Shown one piece after another: positions 12,800 through 38,302 of a DNA stretch of 64,000 nt (position 1 is its first letter; every line of letters starts with the position of its first letter). Position numbers and translations under genes: made by a program. The notes below the pieces were generated by a model. That model was given only the letters and a program-made list of their open reading frames with translations. It was not told the origin of the DNA and made no database searches. This DNA comes from Tubiluchus corallicola (Eukaryota; Animalia; Priapulida), in the NCBI GenBank assembly GCA_030141605.1, contig JAQGDQ010000022.1, positions 992,001 through 1,056,000 on the forward strand, written 5' to 3'.

Positions 12800-14694
12800 C
12801 AAAATTACAGAGAATCGATAAAATGATAATACAAATTATGAGACTGACTACAAATAACTAATAACACAAAAACGTTATTAATATATCTTAATAACATATG
12901 TTTGGTATTAAAATAAAGGTCTTAATAAGCATATTCTAATCTTTACCAATTTTCTTGGACAATTCAGAAATTAGACGCATTAGAAAATTTCACCGGGTAT
13001 CGACACTAATATATTTATATTACAATTTACATTATAGTAATACTTTTCACAAAGCAGCACAATGACAACTTTTAGTTATACAAATTGCAGTGCAAGTGTA
13101 TAACTAACTACATGTTCTGCAACCTCATTTCTATGATTCTGAATACAATGAATGATATATTTACAATTTGACCAATGATGCTGGGAGACAAATGCATTTT
13201 TCAGAAATATCTTGCACATCAACTTTCTATGGAAAACTGCAAGACATGCACAATGTAAAGATGTATTAAAAATGCTTGTGAATTCAACTTTGCAAACTTC
13301 AAAAACTTAACAGCTGAACTGAACTGAAGAGCTGTTTGTTACTTGCGTACAGAAACCTTGGGCTCGATTTGATGCACTGCCGACAATTCAAAGGAGTTTA
13401 GTCGGCATCAATGTTACCGCATTAATTAAATTTATAAAAAATGAATTCATTCTACGTGCAGCACAGAGGTAGTAACAGAAGTATGCACTAAGCGACTCAA
13501 TTATATCCCAAGCACTCGGAAACGGAGTCACGTGTCAATTCATGTGACTGAATTTATGAAAAAGACATCTTGTACCGTAAACTTGAACATCTAAGCTATT
13601 CTACAATACCTAATTATGCTCAAACTTACAGCAATTACGAGAACTTCAGATTACCCACGCACAGCCACAATTTGGTTTTGTGCACAAAATGTGATCCAAA
13701 TTATTTTTCCTTCTTATTTACTACAATTTTTCTAATAAGATTAACGGCTTCCAGGTTTGCGCAAATACAACACATTTTAAATACAATTCCACTACGCCAG
13801 CATAGCGTTAAAAACCCCACTGAAAACCATCATTTTACCACCACTCTGAAATAAATAAATCTTTTCAATAAAAACATACAGAAACTTTTTGACTAAATGC
13901 AAGACTAGCCGATCTACACCAAATTCAAAATAATGTAAGTGTGATTAAAAAAAAATCTACATTTTTCATTCGTTTCTAGGCTCTATAGAATAGCTTTATA
14001 ATTTTTTGGAACATTCAGTTTGTTGTTACTTATAAGACAGTCAGTACTGCAAATGCTCTAGTTCATCTATGCTTCTTATTATGAAGCAACTGAAATATTT
14101 GGAGAAAATTATGAAAGGGATAATTAGTAAGCCAAGAAATGATGCCAGGCAATTGCATTGCAAAATAAAATTTTTACTATCTAAATGAAACATCAGTCCA
14201 CCTAACCTACAGATTTTAGGGGAGTTACAAACTATATGCAAAATGGTATTTAAAATACACATTAGATAGTGTATAAATATAAGCATGCTTTGGTATTGCT
14301 AAATTGGCAATCCGGAACGGAAACAGAAACTGTTACTTCTTTTTAAGTAGGTTTTCAAGTCCCTATTTCACTTATCAGGTAATTCTATTCTATTTCAATG
14401 CCAGCCCAAAATTTGTAAAATAAACCACTCTGGGTATAAGCAAAATGCAAAAACTAATTACGAAAGCAGTTCATATTATTTACCAATTTAAAATTTACGT
14501 ATGCTCTTTTGAAGAAAGCTGAGCACGCTTATGCATTCCATTGTAGTGAAAATCAAAGTCAATCTGTGACCAACAAAGAAATGTTACAAACTACCAAAAG
14601 TTACATAGTAACGTCTAAGTAACAGCCCTCCAGAGGTTATGGGCTTTCAGTCGCTGGACGTTAAGCTGCCAAATCTCGTGATCATTTTAGCTGG

Positions 14695-27204
<12,510 letters not shown>

Positions 27205-27216
27205 GTGCACACAGTA

Positions 27217-28170
27217 ATGCAGAAAAAAATGGTAGGCACTGTAGCAGAAGTTGTATGTGTCGGTTCATGCAACACAGATTTAATAAGCTATGTAGACAGG
27301 TTACCAAAAATGGGTGAGACACTAGCAGGAACTAAATTTTCAGTTGGTTTTGGTGGAAAAGGTGCCAACCAAGCTGTATGTTGTGCTCGGCTTGGTGCCA
27401 AAGTAGCAATGGTTGGAAGAGTTGGCGATGATTCGTTTGGTCATGACACAATCAAAAACTTTAAAAGTAATAATGTAAATGTGGACCATCTGTACATCAC
27501 CAAGGACGTATCAACAGGAGTGGCACCAATTGCTGTAGACAAAGATGGAAATAATGCCATCATTATCATTCCTGGAGCTAATCACTGCATTACCGTGGAG
27601 GATTTGGTCAAAGCTGAATCACTAATACAGACTGCTAAAGTGCTACTTTGTCAACTGGAAGTTGAGCCGCATATATCTCTTGCCGCAATGAAGCTTGCCC
27701 GACGTCATAATGTCACCACAGTTTTTAATCCTGCTCCTGCTGTTGCAAATCTGAACCCTGAACTTTTCAAATACTGTGATATTTTTTGCCCCAATGAGAC
27801 TGAAGCTGAACTATTTACCGGATTTCCTGTGACGACTGTAGAAGAGGCAAAATCTGCAGCAGTGTCCCTGCTAAAGAAACATTGTCAGAGTGTTATAATA
27901 ACTTTGGGTGATAAAGGTGCAGTTTTTGTCGATCAAGGTGAGACTGAGGTTAAGTATGTTCCTTGCAAGTCTGTAGAAGCTGTAGATACTACAGGAGCGG
28001 GAGATGCATTTGTGGGCTCACTGGCCTTTTATTTAGCGCAGCATGAAAATTTGACACGTAGAGAGATGATACAAAGAGCATGTGACATTGCTTCCATCAG
28101 CGTCTTGAACCCTGGGACTCAAAAAAGCTATCCAGGAAGAAGTCAAATTCCATCAGAATTGTTTAGCTAG
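27217..28170 (+). CDS. RBKS: Ribokinase (PfkB family), single coding exon
   Basis: Motifs GSCNTD, GGKGANQA, LCQLE, NPAPA, NETE, DTTGAGDAF. Splice acceptor TTTTTCAG at 27204 precedes ATG 27217 (alternative ATG 27229), implying a non-coding upstream exon. Confidence 0.95.
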   Translation: MQKKMVGTVAEVVCVGSCNTDLISYVDRLPKMGETLAGTKFSVGFGGKGANQAVCCARLGAKVAMVGRVGDDSFGHDTIKNFKSNNVNVDHLYITKDVSTGVAPIAVDKDGNNAIIIIPGANHCITVEDLVKAESLIQTAKVLLCQLEVEPHISLAAMKLARRHNVTTVFNPAPAVANLNPELFKYCDIFCPNETEAELFTGFPVTTVEEAKSAAVSLLKKHCQSVIITLGDKGAVFVDQGETEVKYVPCKSVEAVDTTGAGDAFVGSLAFYLAQHENLTRREMIQRACDIASISVLNPGTQKSYPGRSQIPSELFS

Positions 28171-28418
28171 TTGCATCTCAATTGATTACATAACAATGTA
28201 TAACCTGAATTTTCTGCAAAGCTGTTTGAAGCTTGAATCGTTTTAATAATAGATAAATTGCAGTGTCATAGCCTTATACTCTTGTTAGTATCACAAGAAG
28301 TCATAACTCAGTCTGAAGCAACCAGGATGGTGTAAATTCAGATATGTTAAGTAAAATCTACCAATGAAATATTTTTTGTCTGTTCTATTGGTAGAAGTAA
28401 AGTAATGTATGTGACAAT

Positions 28419-28823
28419 GTGGGATAATCACAGAATTTTCAAAATTATTTTGAAGCTTTAGTTTAGTTTGTTGCTTGTTCTTTTGGCTTAGGATATTATA
28501 TTTGGAGCATTAGTCATGTTACTGATTCATGCCAGACTATCACAAATTTGTATAATAATAGTCATAAAGATTTTGTGTAATACCAAAGAAATAATGTCAT
28601 TTCAAAATTTTCTTGAAGTAATTAATCGACTACGTGGGGCAATCATAGAATTTTCAAAATTATTTTGAAGCTTTACTTTTAGTTTGTTGCTTGTTCTTTT
28701 GGCTTGGGATATATTTGCAGCATTAGTCATGTTGCTGATTTCATGCCAGACTATCACAAATTACTATAATAATTGTCATAAAGGTTTTGTGTAACAAATG
28801 TCATTGCAAAATTTTCTTGAAGC
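28419..28823 (+). repeat. Diverged ~200 bp tandem duplication downstream of ribokinase
   Basis: 28419-28620 and 28634-28823 align end to end (AGAATTTTCAAAATTATTTTGAAGCTTTA...CATGCCAGACTATCACAAATT...AAAATTTTCTTGAAG) with scattered substitutions and indels. Confidence 0.9.
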
Positions 28824-30589
28824 ACTTCGCCTTATCTAGTAGGTTGTTGTAACCTTGTAGCTTAGTAAATTAGAATTGCTAATTAAAGGTAAACAAATTA
28901 TTTGAAAAACTTTTTTTCAAAAACTATCATTGTTCATGCCAAAGAAATGGACAGACAAAGTGTGATGCTTGTCAACTTTTCGGTTACTCGCATGTTCTCA
29001 TTTTCTTGTTAAGGCTTTATAAATAAATTAATAACTTTGCTTAGATAAATTTGTCTTGTTTAAAATGGGTTACTCAAGCTCATTCTTACAGGCCATAAGA
29101 TGTCCTCATCTTCCTGGTCACCAAACATGAAGTTAACACTAAAAGCCTTTTTTCCTTTTTATTACATTATTCATGAGAAGTGCAATATGGTGATTGCTCT
29201 TTAAAGGTTCCTGATCATTATGTAGTCTTACTGTTTGTTTGTACATTGTCCATAGCTGTTCCACATTTTAAAGCCAAAGAAATGAGTTTGGCTCAGCTAC
29301 AAATAGTTGCAGACATTGTCATATTGACGAAGTTACACAACCAAGTGTGCAAAGAGCACGAATTAGAATTTAAGAAATTCAGCTGGCCAAGTCTGTACAC
29401 CGATATAAAGTAGGCAGGGTGTTGAAAAATCCAACAGTGCTTTTGATATTGAGTAGAGCAGTGATTTGGGCTATGCCTGCTATTTTTTAATAAATATTGG
29501 GTCCTTTACAAAAAAAATTATCTGCACAATTCAAGCATGCTGCATATACCTTTGTAAAAAATTTCTTTGCAAAGTTTGCACGTTTTCGAACTGCTAACAC
29601 GGAGCAATCAATATAAATAATGTCATATTAACATTTTATATATATATCTGTGGTGGCAAGAATACCTACGGGAACGTGTCGCCATCTAGTCGGTGGTTAT
29701 AATAACTGTTATTATTTATAGTTATGAAGTTTCCCTGGCACTCATGTAAGCCCTTGCACAGCAGTTGGGGTGGGAGGAAATTTCATGGGAAATCGAACTT
29801 TAATACTTGGCTACAATGATAAAAGCCGAGTTGTATGGTTTTTAACTGCCACAATGGATTTACAGAATGGCTTACAATTTTAAAATGAATAAAGTGTTCA
29901 TCACGTAATCTATGCGTGCATGAGTGTGTGTTTACACATTTTTGTCCGAATGCTTTTAGTTTGTCTCTTAGTCCACTGAAACCGATCCAGTGAACATGGC
30001 ACATCGATAGTAATAATAATTGCATCAGCAGGGAGAAAAGCCTTATTCTTGACTCGGACGCCAAGAAATGATTGGTTCCTATTCATAAAGTGGTGATTTC
30101 GCATTATATCTTAAGGTAGTTCAGGTTAAGCTCGTTAAAACTGTTACTGTAACTGGGTCATTCGTATAAATAAAGCAGCAGGAGCCCGTTTTATGGCTTG
30201 CTATGTGTTAGGCGTTCCTCTCAGATCATATTAGTTTACAATATGGACTTTTGAATAGCAAAGACATCCAAAATTTTTAAGTTCATCCGTAGGTAGTTTT
30301 ACAACACCATGTGAGTGATTATTTGTTTCCCTGTTAATCGTTCTGTACTGCTACGTGGAATGCTACATTTTGTTTTAACTGGATATTATTAGTCCTTTAA
30401 ATTCCGCAACAATAGCTTAAAAACCCTTAAAAGTGTTTGCTTCGTTCATCACAAAATGGGTAACTTGCACGTGCGACATTTTTGGCTCCAGTGGGATTTG
30501 TGTGCTATTTTTAACTTTTTGATGAAAGTGAAATATTATGACGCCCTCAATCCAAAAAAAAATTGGTTTGTCATTTTTTCCGACCTCAT

Positions 30590-30960
30590 TAAAGGCATTT
30601 TGAATCTGGCTCAGATAAGGAAAACGCCTCACTGTTAACTAAATATATACCTACGAAATCACACGAAAGTGTATTTTGTGATACCAAATGCAAAATTGAT
30701 ATTAGTTTTTTGTGTGGAAGGACCAATTGCCCAAGCGACCCATTTTAGGGTTTTTCAGACCCGGAAGTAGGATACGCCTTAATATTTACTGCAAAATCTG
30801 GAAATTAGTGGAAAGGTGTATTTTACAACGCTGAATGCGATTCTGAACTCAGTTTTTCTGTACGGATAGATCTACTTGTCCAAGTGGGCCAAATTGCAGG
30901 GTTTCTAAAAATCCAAATAAAATGGGGTACGTCGTAATATTAAGCACAAGAAGTTGGTTA
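30590..30960. repeat. Degenerate ~150 bp internally repeated element, unclassified
   Basis: Two related units (GTGTATTTT...AATGC...AGTTTTT...TTG.CCAAG...AGGGTTT); family cannot be assigned from sequence alone. Confidence 0.35.
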
Positions 30961-31894
30961 CCTCATCTATATATGGCCTAGCCCAATAAAAACCACCTGA
31001 CAGTGCGAAACAGGAATATCAGAGCTTGTTGGAGCAGTTTGGAGTAGGTCAATTTTCTCGTTAGTGAAAACAAAAATGTAATGCGGGGTTTGTGAGGGCA
31101 TACAAAGAAAGAAAGTCAGGGATTGAAATCTGGTTGTGATTAATATAAAAAACTAATACGAACTTAATTCATCATTACTGCCGTCAAATCCCGGATCCGT
31201 GTTAGTAAGCAATAATGTCATGCTCATTTAGCTCATATATTCTCGAACTAACTAATTGTATCTGTCCTTAAAATGTACTCCGTCAGTAAGATCAATAATT
31301 TGTTGGTGAATCAGTGGTGTTGGCGATGTAATGCCGTTTTATCACTTGGTGCGAATATTTTAAGTTACTTTTCTTTTCTAGTTACATTACGTAGCCTTTC
31401 AAACTAATAAGCGTAATGCAAAGTAATATAATTTAGTATGGAAAGTTTTTTTGGGTTATACTTTAAAATTGCTCTTTTCTCCCTTTTAACTAAATAATCT
31501 TACAGTGTACCCACCAATTATCAATACTACTCAAGCATTCCACGAAGCGTTTCTCATAAAACAAATTAGTTTACCCAATTCTTTCTTATTACACACCGCT
31601 GTCTTGGAATTATTTGAATTCCTACACACATGGGAACTCGATTATTTCGTATAGGCCCACGTTATTTTGCAGAATTATAATGTATATTAGCCGTGGTGTT
31701 CACCCTATCTTTTTCTGCTACTGGTAATTGTTTGAGGTCTCTTGCCTTTACAATTTGGAGTGACCGAAACAACTCCAAAACGTAAATGCACACGAATCGT
31801 GAAAGTATCACTGCTTGTAATGGCATTTTAACGCCTGTGACCTTCATACTTTGCAAGCATTGACGTACATGTATTTACAAACCCTGATACTGGA

Positions 31895-31909
31895 TATAAG
31901 CGCATGCGC
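31895..31909 (+). promoter_or_regulatory. TATA-like sequence abutting a perfect NRF1/Ewg-type palindrome upstream of FMO
   Basis: TATAA followed by GCGCATGCGC (31900-31909), about 210 bp before the ATG. Confidence 0.35.
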
Positions 31910-32119
31910 TAATGCAACGCAATTATCTTTCCCAGGTAGAGGCGCCACCCTGTGCGAACAACTCCTTGTTCTGGTTTCGTGACTGCCCTTTTGTAACCTG
32001 AATTTTTCTTGGATATAAGCAAATGATTGTAATCAATAGCATGCACAACACCAACTTGAATTGAATTTATCAGTGTTCTTCCCATTTCATCAGATTTCAT
32101 TCAAAAACGTAATGTTATC

Positions 32120-33713
32120 ATGGGTTCACCGCAGAAGAAAAGAGTTGCCGTGATTGGGGCTGGAGTTTCTGGACTCGTGGCATCCCATATTCTGTCTGGC
32201 CGGCCGGATTTCGAGCATACAGTCTTTGAACGAAACTCGGATATTGGTAAGTTAGAAGGTGTAAGTTGACAAACTTTATTAGTTGACTAATCACTTGTTT
32301 CATTTTAATTTATGTTGCTCAGAATAAAACGGTCAAGGGTTGACCTGTGCATACACAGAAAGACTATAGTCATAATATCTAACGGCGTAAAGCCCAAGAA
32401 TCACACAAGCAACGAATATGTTTACACAGGTGTTCGTTATATTGTACGTGACGTTGTACTGGATTTCTTAATATCAACAGGGCGTTTCGGGACAAACTTA
32501 CTGTTTTCTGTTTATAGGTGGCATGTGGATATACACAGACGATGCAGAGCTCGACGGACAAGGACATAGAAAACACAGCGGTATCTACAAAAAGCTCATC
32601 GCAAACTTTCCAAAAGCTTTGATGGAAGCAGCAGGCCATCCTTGGCCTTCAGATGAGGACCCACTTGAGTTTCCAACCCATCAGAGGGTCCTTAAGTACA
32701 TACGAGACATTGCAGACAAGAACAATCTTCGCCAGTATGTTAGAACGAGTACTGAAGTCAAATGCATCAAGCCAATGGCATCCAAGGAAAAGTTCTTGCC
32801 ATTGCAACTAACTGTCGAAAATGTTCTCGACAGAAGTACTGAGGACATTTGCTTTGATGCTGTTCTGATTTGTGTTGGCATTTTCAACGATCCGTACACG
32901 CCATCACTGACCAACTTGCAGAATTTTCGAGGCCAAGTCCTGCATAGTTGCCAATTCCGGACAGTCGATCCGTTTGTTGGCAGGAACGTAGTCATCGTTG
33001 GGGGTGGATTTTCTGGAATAGACATAGCTATCGATGTTGCAGCGGTGGCAGTAAGTTTAACAATTTGTGTCAGTAATTGCGACACTTTCAACCTGAAGAA
33101 ACAATGCGCAGAAGGCATCCTTCCATCAAATGTACACGTTAAGTCAAGTATTGCACGCTTCCATGAAACCGGGGTCAAACTGACTGATGGAACAGTTTTA
33201 ACTGCTGATGTCGTGATTTTTTGCACTGGATATAAGTATAACTATCCATTCATACACCCGGACTGTGGAATTAGCGTGGAAGACTTCAAGGTATCACCAC
33301 TGTATAAACATACGATATGTACAAAACACCCGAACATTGTATTTATTGCAACGGCTTATATGCCTCTATGGTTTTCAGCGGCGTCTTGGCAGGTCCCACT
33401 TGCGCTGAAAGTTCTCGATGGTTCTGTACAACTACCAAGTGAAGAAGAAATGAATGCTGATACGAAAGCGGAAATGAACGAAAGGAAAAAGTGTGACTGG
33501 TATCGCGGAAGAGAGGACCATCATTTTTTGTCTAAGGAATTTTCTCCAAAGAGGTTTTTTGAAGATCTGTGTAAACTGGGAAACTTGCCACCTTACCCAA
33601 AGTTAATAGAACAGTTGGGTGTTGACATTATCGATAACACTGCCAAAAATGCAATGACATACCGTACACAGAGGTATACTTTAAGTGAGCTAATGTACAA
33701 ACACCATTTATGA
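32120..33713 (+). CDS. FMO: Flavin-containing monooxygenase (class B, soluble invertebrate type), 440 aa, 2 exons
   Basis: Exons 32120-32246 and 32518-33713 (phase 1). FAD motif VAVIGAGVSG, ERNSDIGGMW, FMO fingerprint FRGQVLHSCQFR, NADPH motif VGGGFSG, FCTGY; AATAAA near 33950. Confidence 0.95.
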
Positions 33714-34029
33714 TTTTCACTTTGCTGCTGTTAGATGATTTATTGTTTGTTTTTCACGCGATTGGCTTTCTTTACACACTCTATAGATATTCGATCTTAG
33801 CTCAAGAATTAGATTTGTTTTTCATCTTAATGTTTGTGCCTTTAAACGTCTGCCACGCAGCGCTGAATGTGTACGTAGTTTGATATACTTCTAGCGTTGT
33901 GCAAAGTTCACCATGCAAGACGTCAATCCATATCATAAATTCAGAGCCAAATAAAAATGGCACATATTTTGTTATTTCTAACTGTGCAAAAGATTTAAGT
34001 GAACATAACTAAAGTTACGATATGTTATG

Positions 34030-34760
34030 CTCATTTATGTATGTTTATTTGATATGATATGTCGCCAACAGGGCCAGTCAAGATACATTTTCGAAAAATC
34101 ACACAAATTTACATGAGTATACGAGAGTGTTTTACTACAGCACATTACATCAGATGACTTCATAATATAGAATGACTTCTCTTCATCACTAAGCGTTACA
34201 TATTTAGGATACAGTTTAATTATAGAATTATTTAAAAAGTTATGTGCTACTGCGTACTTTGAGCAATGAAACAAGAAATGATATTCATCTCCATAACATT
34301 GAAAGTTTCATAAAAACGATCCTGCCTCGCTATCGGGGGTCCAAAATGACGGCCTATTTCGACTGCCAGACTGTGTCTGTGCGCTAGTTCTAAGTTTAGT
34401 TAACGATTTTGTGTCATAGATATAGCAAAGTTGATTTCAAAATATCCAAGCGTTTTAGATTTAGTCAGTAAAGAAAATTTGGCTTTGTTGCCCTGTGTGG
34501 CAAGAGAATTTACAGCTTTATTAAAATAACAGTTTTTATTGAAATAGGTGCCAACATATTTATACTCAGTATAAACATGGTGTTTTAACAATGTGCCGTT
34601 GGAAAATAATTGCATTTGTTGAGATGCAACAGAAGTTTCCTTTTTAAATATCAAGTATGGTTGACTTTACGAATTTCTTGGTTTAGTTCCAGCTATTTCA
34701 TTACTTTTTATCATCCAACTTTATCTTTCAACTTCTTGTAGGAGGATTTCTCTTTAAGTC
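34030..34760 (-). mobile_element. Decayed 3' end of a non-LTR retrotransposon (CR1/L2-like ORF2 C-terminus)
   Basis: Frameshifted minus-strand translation TKLRTSA..SLAVEIGRHF...DR...GDEYHFLFHCSKY...LSDEEKSFYIM, followed by AATAAA near 34045; boundaries approximate. Confidence 0.7.
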
Positions 34761-37700
34761 GGGTTACTTGGAGGAATCAGGTGAGAGAAGCTCCGAATTG
34801 AAAAAATGATATTTCTAGATTTATATATAATGCGCACGGGAGGCTTATTTAGTTCCCATGCCAATCCAAATGGTTGCCCAGAATGAGCATTACTATGACC
34901 ACTCCCCCTTCCGTTATTTTTTCATAATTTTTTTTTGCAAACTGCAACTCTCTCATTATCATGATCAATGGCTTGTCAAGCTGTAACGTTACAGCCATGT
35001 CACTTTGCAAACCGGAAGAACAAGTTTACGAAATCTATGAATTACACTGCTGAACCGAAGGGAGGTTAGGAATGCTGGCGTTCTTTGCTCTAATTTAGTA
35101 AATATTTCCGAATCTTTGCTATTTAGAATTTCTTAAAGTAATCTGCTTTGCGGCATCCAAAATTTCGAAAAACAAAATAATTACTTGTATGGCTTTGATC
35201 AGTAGTAAAGCCGTTCACAGCTTGCGTACGAACGAAATAATAATAGGCCTACATGCATACTATGAAGAAAGTCCCTGATAAAAATCACACAGGAAGAGAG
35301 TGCTTCTGTAATCCTTGTGTAATTCTGCGTAGATAAAAAATGAAAATATTCATACAGTTATAATGAAAATGAGTTGTTCGCGCCGTACAGAAGACTAATA
35401 CTGCGATATATCTTCCTTTGTTATTTTTTCAAAGGAGCAGTTTATGCCGTTCATCAATCCAGTGTTTTAAGTGCCTTTCAAATGGAATATACGATTACTG
35501 TATATTAAACTATGCCAGACAAGAACGTCAAAATAAAAAAAAAAGAAAACAGGCCCTAAGATGAATAAAAAACACAATTGCCGGGCAAACGAATTATCTT
35601 GAAGAGGTAGAATTTTAAATTTAAAGAAAATTCGTGAAAGAAAGAACTTTTAGAAGGTTTTCAGGAAATAAGCGAAATCGAATAGCCGACAAATACAATA
35701 CTATATAGCACATTAGCCATAAGACGCACAATTTCTTGCACACACACTTTTATCCGTCAAAAATTGAAATTTTCCTAAACTAATTGTTCGAAAAGCCCAC
35801 GCTTGAGCGCATGCAGTCCATGGACAAAATTGTCGTTTTATGTGTCATCAAAATTATGTCGCATGGTTAGATTTTTAATAGCGAAAATTGGCCTTGAAAT
35901 TTTAATGCATTGTGCTTTGTGATAATGACAAGCGTTGACTACTATTTCGTATACCTGTTTCGCGCGAAATCAACTGCTTGCATCACGTGCATGGTAGCCC
36001 CGTATTAAAACCAGTTATCAACAACTGTTACCGAAAAGCCACAAATTTTCATCGCAATTTCCAATAAACTGTTATTTAAGATTTAGAAATGGAATTAACC
36101 CCTATTTTGCATTGATTGTCTATATCACAATGGCAACATAGTAAAACGCTTATAATGTTCGTTTCAAAGACCCACCGAAACATTTATTAAAGTGAATTTT
36201 ACTTTCCTAAGTTTTCACATTTATGTGTGTGTGCAGCGTGTCTTAAAAACTTGCCATCGATTGTTTAGTAGCATGTCTGTAGAGCTACATGCATATAGAA
36301 AAGTCGGGTAGAATAAAAGTGATTTTCATCTGTATCTGCTGATAGGTAGAAAAAAAATTATATTTTAACATCAATTTTACATGACTATGACCCCGCATAT
36401 CACGCTGGGTAGTAAGATCTTAATAACTAATTCAGTTCGCGTAGCTGAAAACGGCAAAGAACACTGCCATAGTTCAGTCAAGTGCAAATGATCAAGGTAA
36501 TGGCGGCCAGAGAGCACAGTTATTAGTAAGTTTAATCATTTTAATGAGAGCTGTAGAAATTGCATAGTTTGATCAATGAACATTTTAAGTTTTGTCCCAG
36601 GAGTTAGTTTTTCTTGATTGGGGACATTACAACCTCCCAAAAAGTAGAAAAGTGATTACTAATCACTTGTTCAATCTACTGTTTGTAAGTAACCTTCACG
36701 CTGATACAATACTTTCTACTAAATAGCTTTACGTTAAAAAGCCACTTGTGACAAAGCAAAAAAAAAGACTAGACACTACACGATAGCAGTCATAATTGTA
36801 AGCTCGTCAGTGATTTTCTCTATTCAGTTCATTAATACCTCAGAGTTTCAAAAAGACACAAATCTCTGTAACTTCATGGCTAATCTTAGTAGGACAATAA
36901 CACTATAAAATTTGCCATATACACTACCACAGAATTTCAGCCACTTAAATGAATCTGGTAGACTGCGGTTTCTATTTTTCACTGATTTTAGATTTGAAGT
37001 CCCGGAGTCCCTTGGATTTCTCGGCTTATGCTTCCCTTAATTCGTGGCGATTTCTTCGATACATATATAGTTTAATTAACCAAAGCTGACAGCGACAAGA
37101 AAAGTGGAAAAGTGAAAAATTAAGTTCTATAGTGCTGTATAATATAGACTGAAACTACTTTTACACGTCATCTCTATCTGACTATAGTGTAGGACCTATA
37201 AATAATATGTATGACGCCTTTTGCTGGTATAAAGTCTTTTGTTCGGCTGGTAGTTCCATTTTACATAATTGTTACAGCAGCAGTGAAAAATGATGAACCG
37301 TTATTTCTCAAAAAGTTACTTGGCTATGTGAAACATTATCTTTTCGAAAAATTGAAACACAAAAGCGTGTTTTCCTTACTTTAATTAACATTAAAATGGA
37401 TGTACGAAAAACTGACGCAGTAAGATCATATAAGATCTTAGAATGTATATATTTGACTTATTGAAAGCAGATCATGGATGAAGAAAGACCATCAAAAAGA
37501 ACATCAGACTTCTAGCGAACAAATGCTTCTGCAATTCTTCTGCCGGAACCATTATTCTTTTTCAGTCATCTCCTTGACTATAGCGGATATATACGGAATA
37601 TGCGCACATCGTAACTCTTTCCCCGTTTGCAAAGGACACGTTGCTCTTCTTATACCTGATTGGATTTTTTAACACCAATCGAAAGAGTTACAGGCAACTA

Positions 37701-38302
37701 TACAGGGTACTTTTACATTTATAGCAATTGATGCAAGCTGAATGAATTATTCATTTTTCGCGTTGGTCAAGGATAACTCCGTGGTAAATCGGGTCAGGCA
37801 ACAAGAAATTGAATACAAATTTGTCTCATTTGATCAAACCTGTTTAGTTGCAAGCAAGCCTGCTGAGCGATAAAGTTATCAGAAATTTGGCAAGGTTAGA
37901 AAACGGTATAACACCTATATTAAGATTGTATTTTACCTATTTTTAATGTGCTAATAACTAGATTTCGCTATTAAACTATAACACAATCAAAATGTCAAAA
38001 AAGAAAGCTAATTACGTAAATACACAACTTAGTCATTATTCGTTTCCTAACATTTCTAACTTTATTGTTTTTCATTAGATTGTGAAACTGCTATTATTTT
38101 CGATTTACATAAGCTCTAATGCTGCAATGTCATATAAAATGAAGTACGCATACGAATTTACATATATGACGCAAAAAATGCTTAATCGCACAGTACATAG
38201 ACGATTATGAATTTGAAACAAGAAACTTAATTTAAAACTGTGATTTCAGTGACTTGATTTTTTGTGTGTAATCTTGTTTCTGCGTTTTTTTTCAGGTCCA
38301 AG

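Noticed and set aside
32681-33226. 181-aa antisense ORF
   Set aside because: Antisense shadow of the FMO coding exon.
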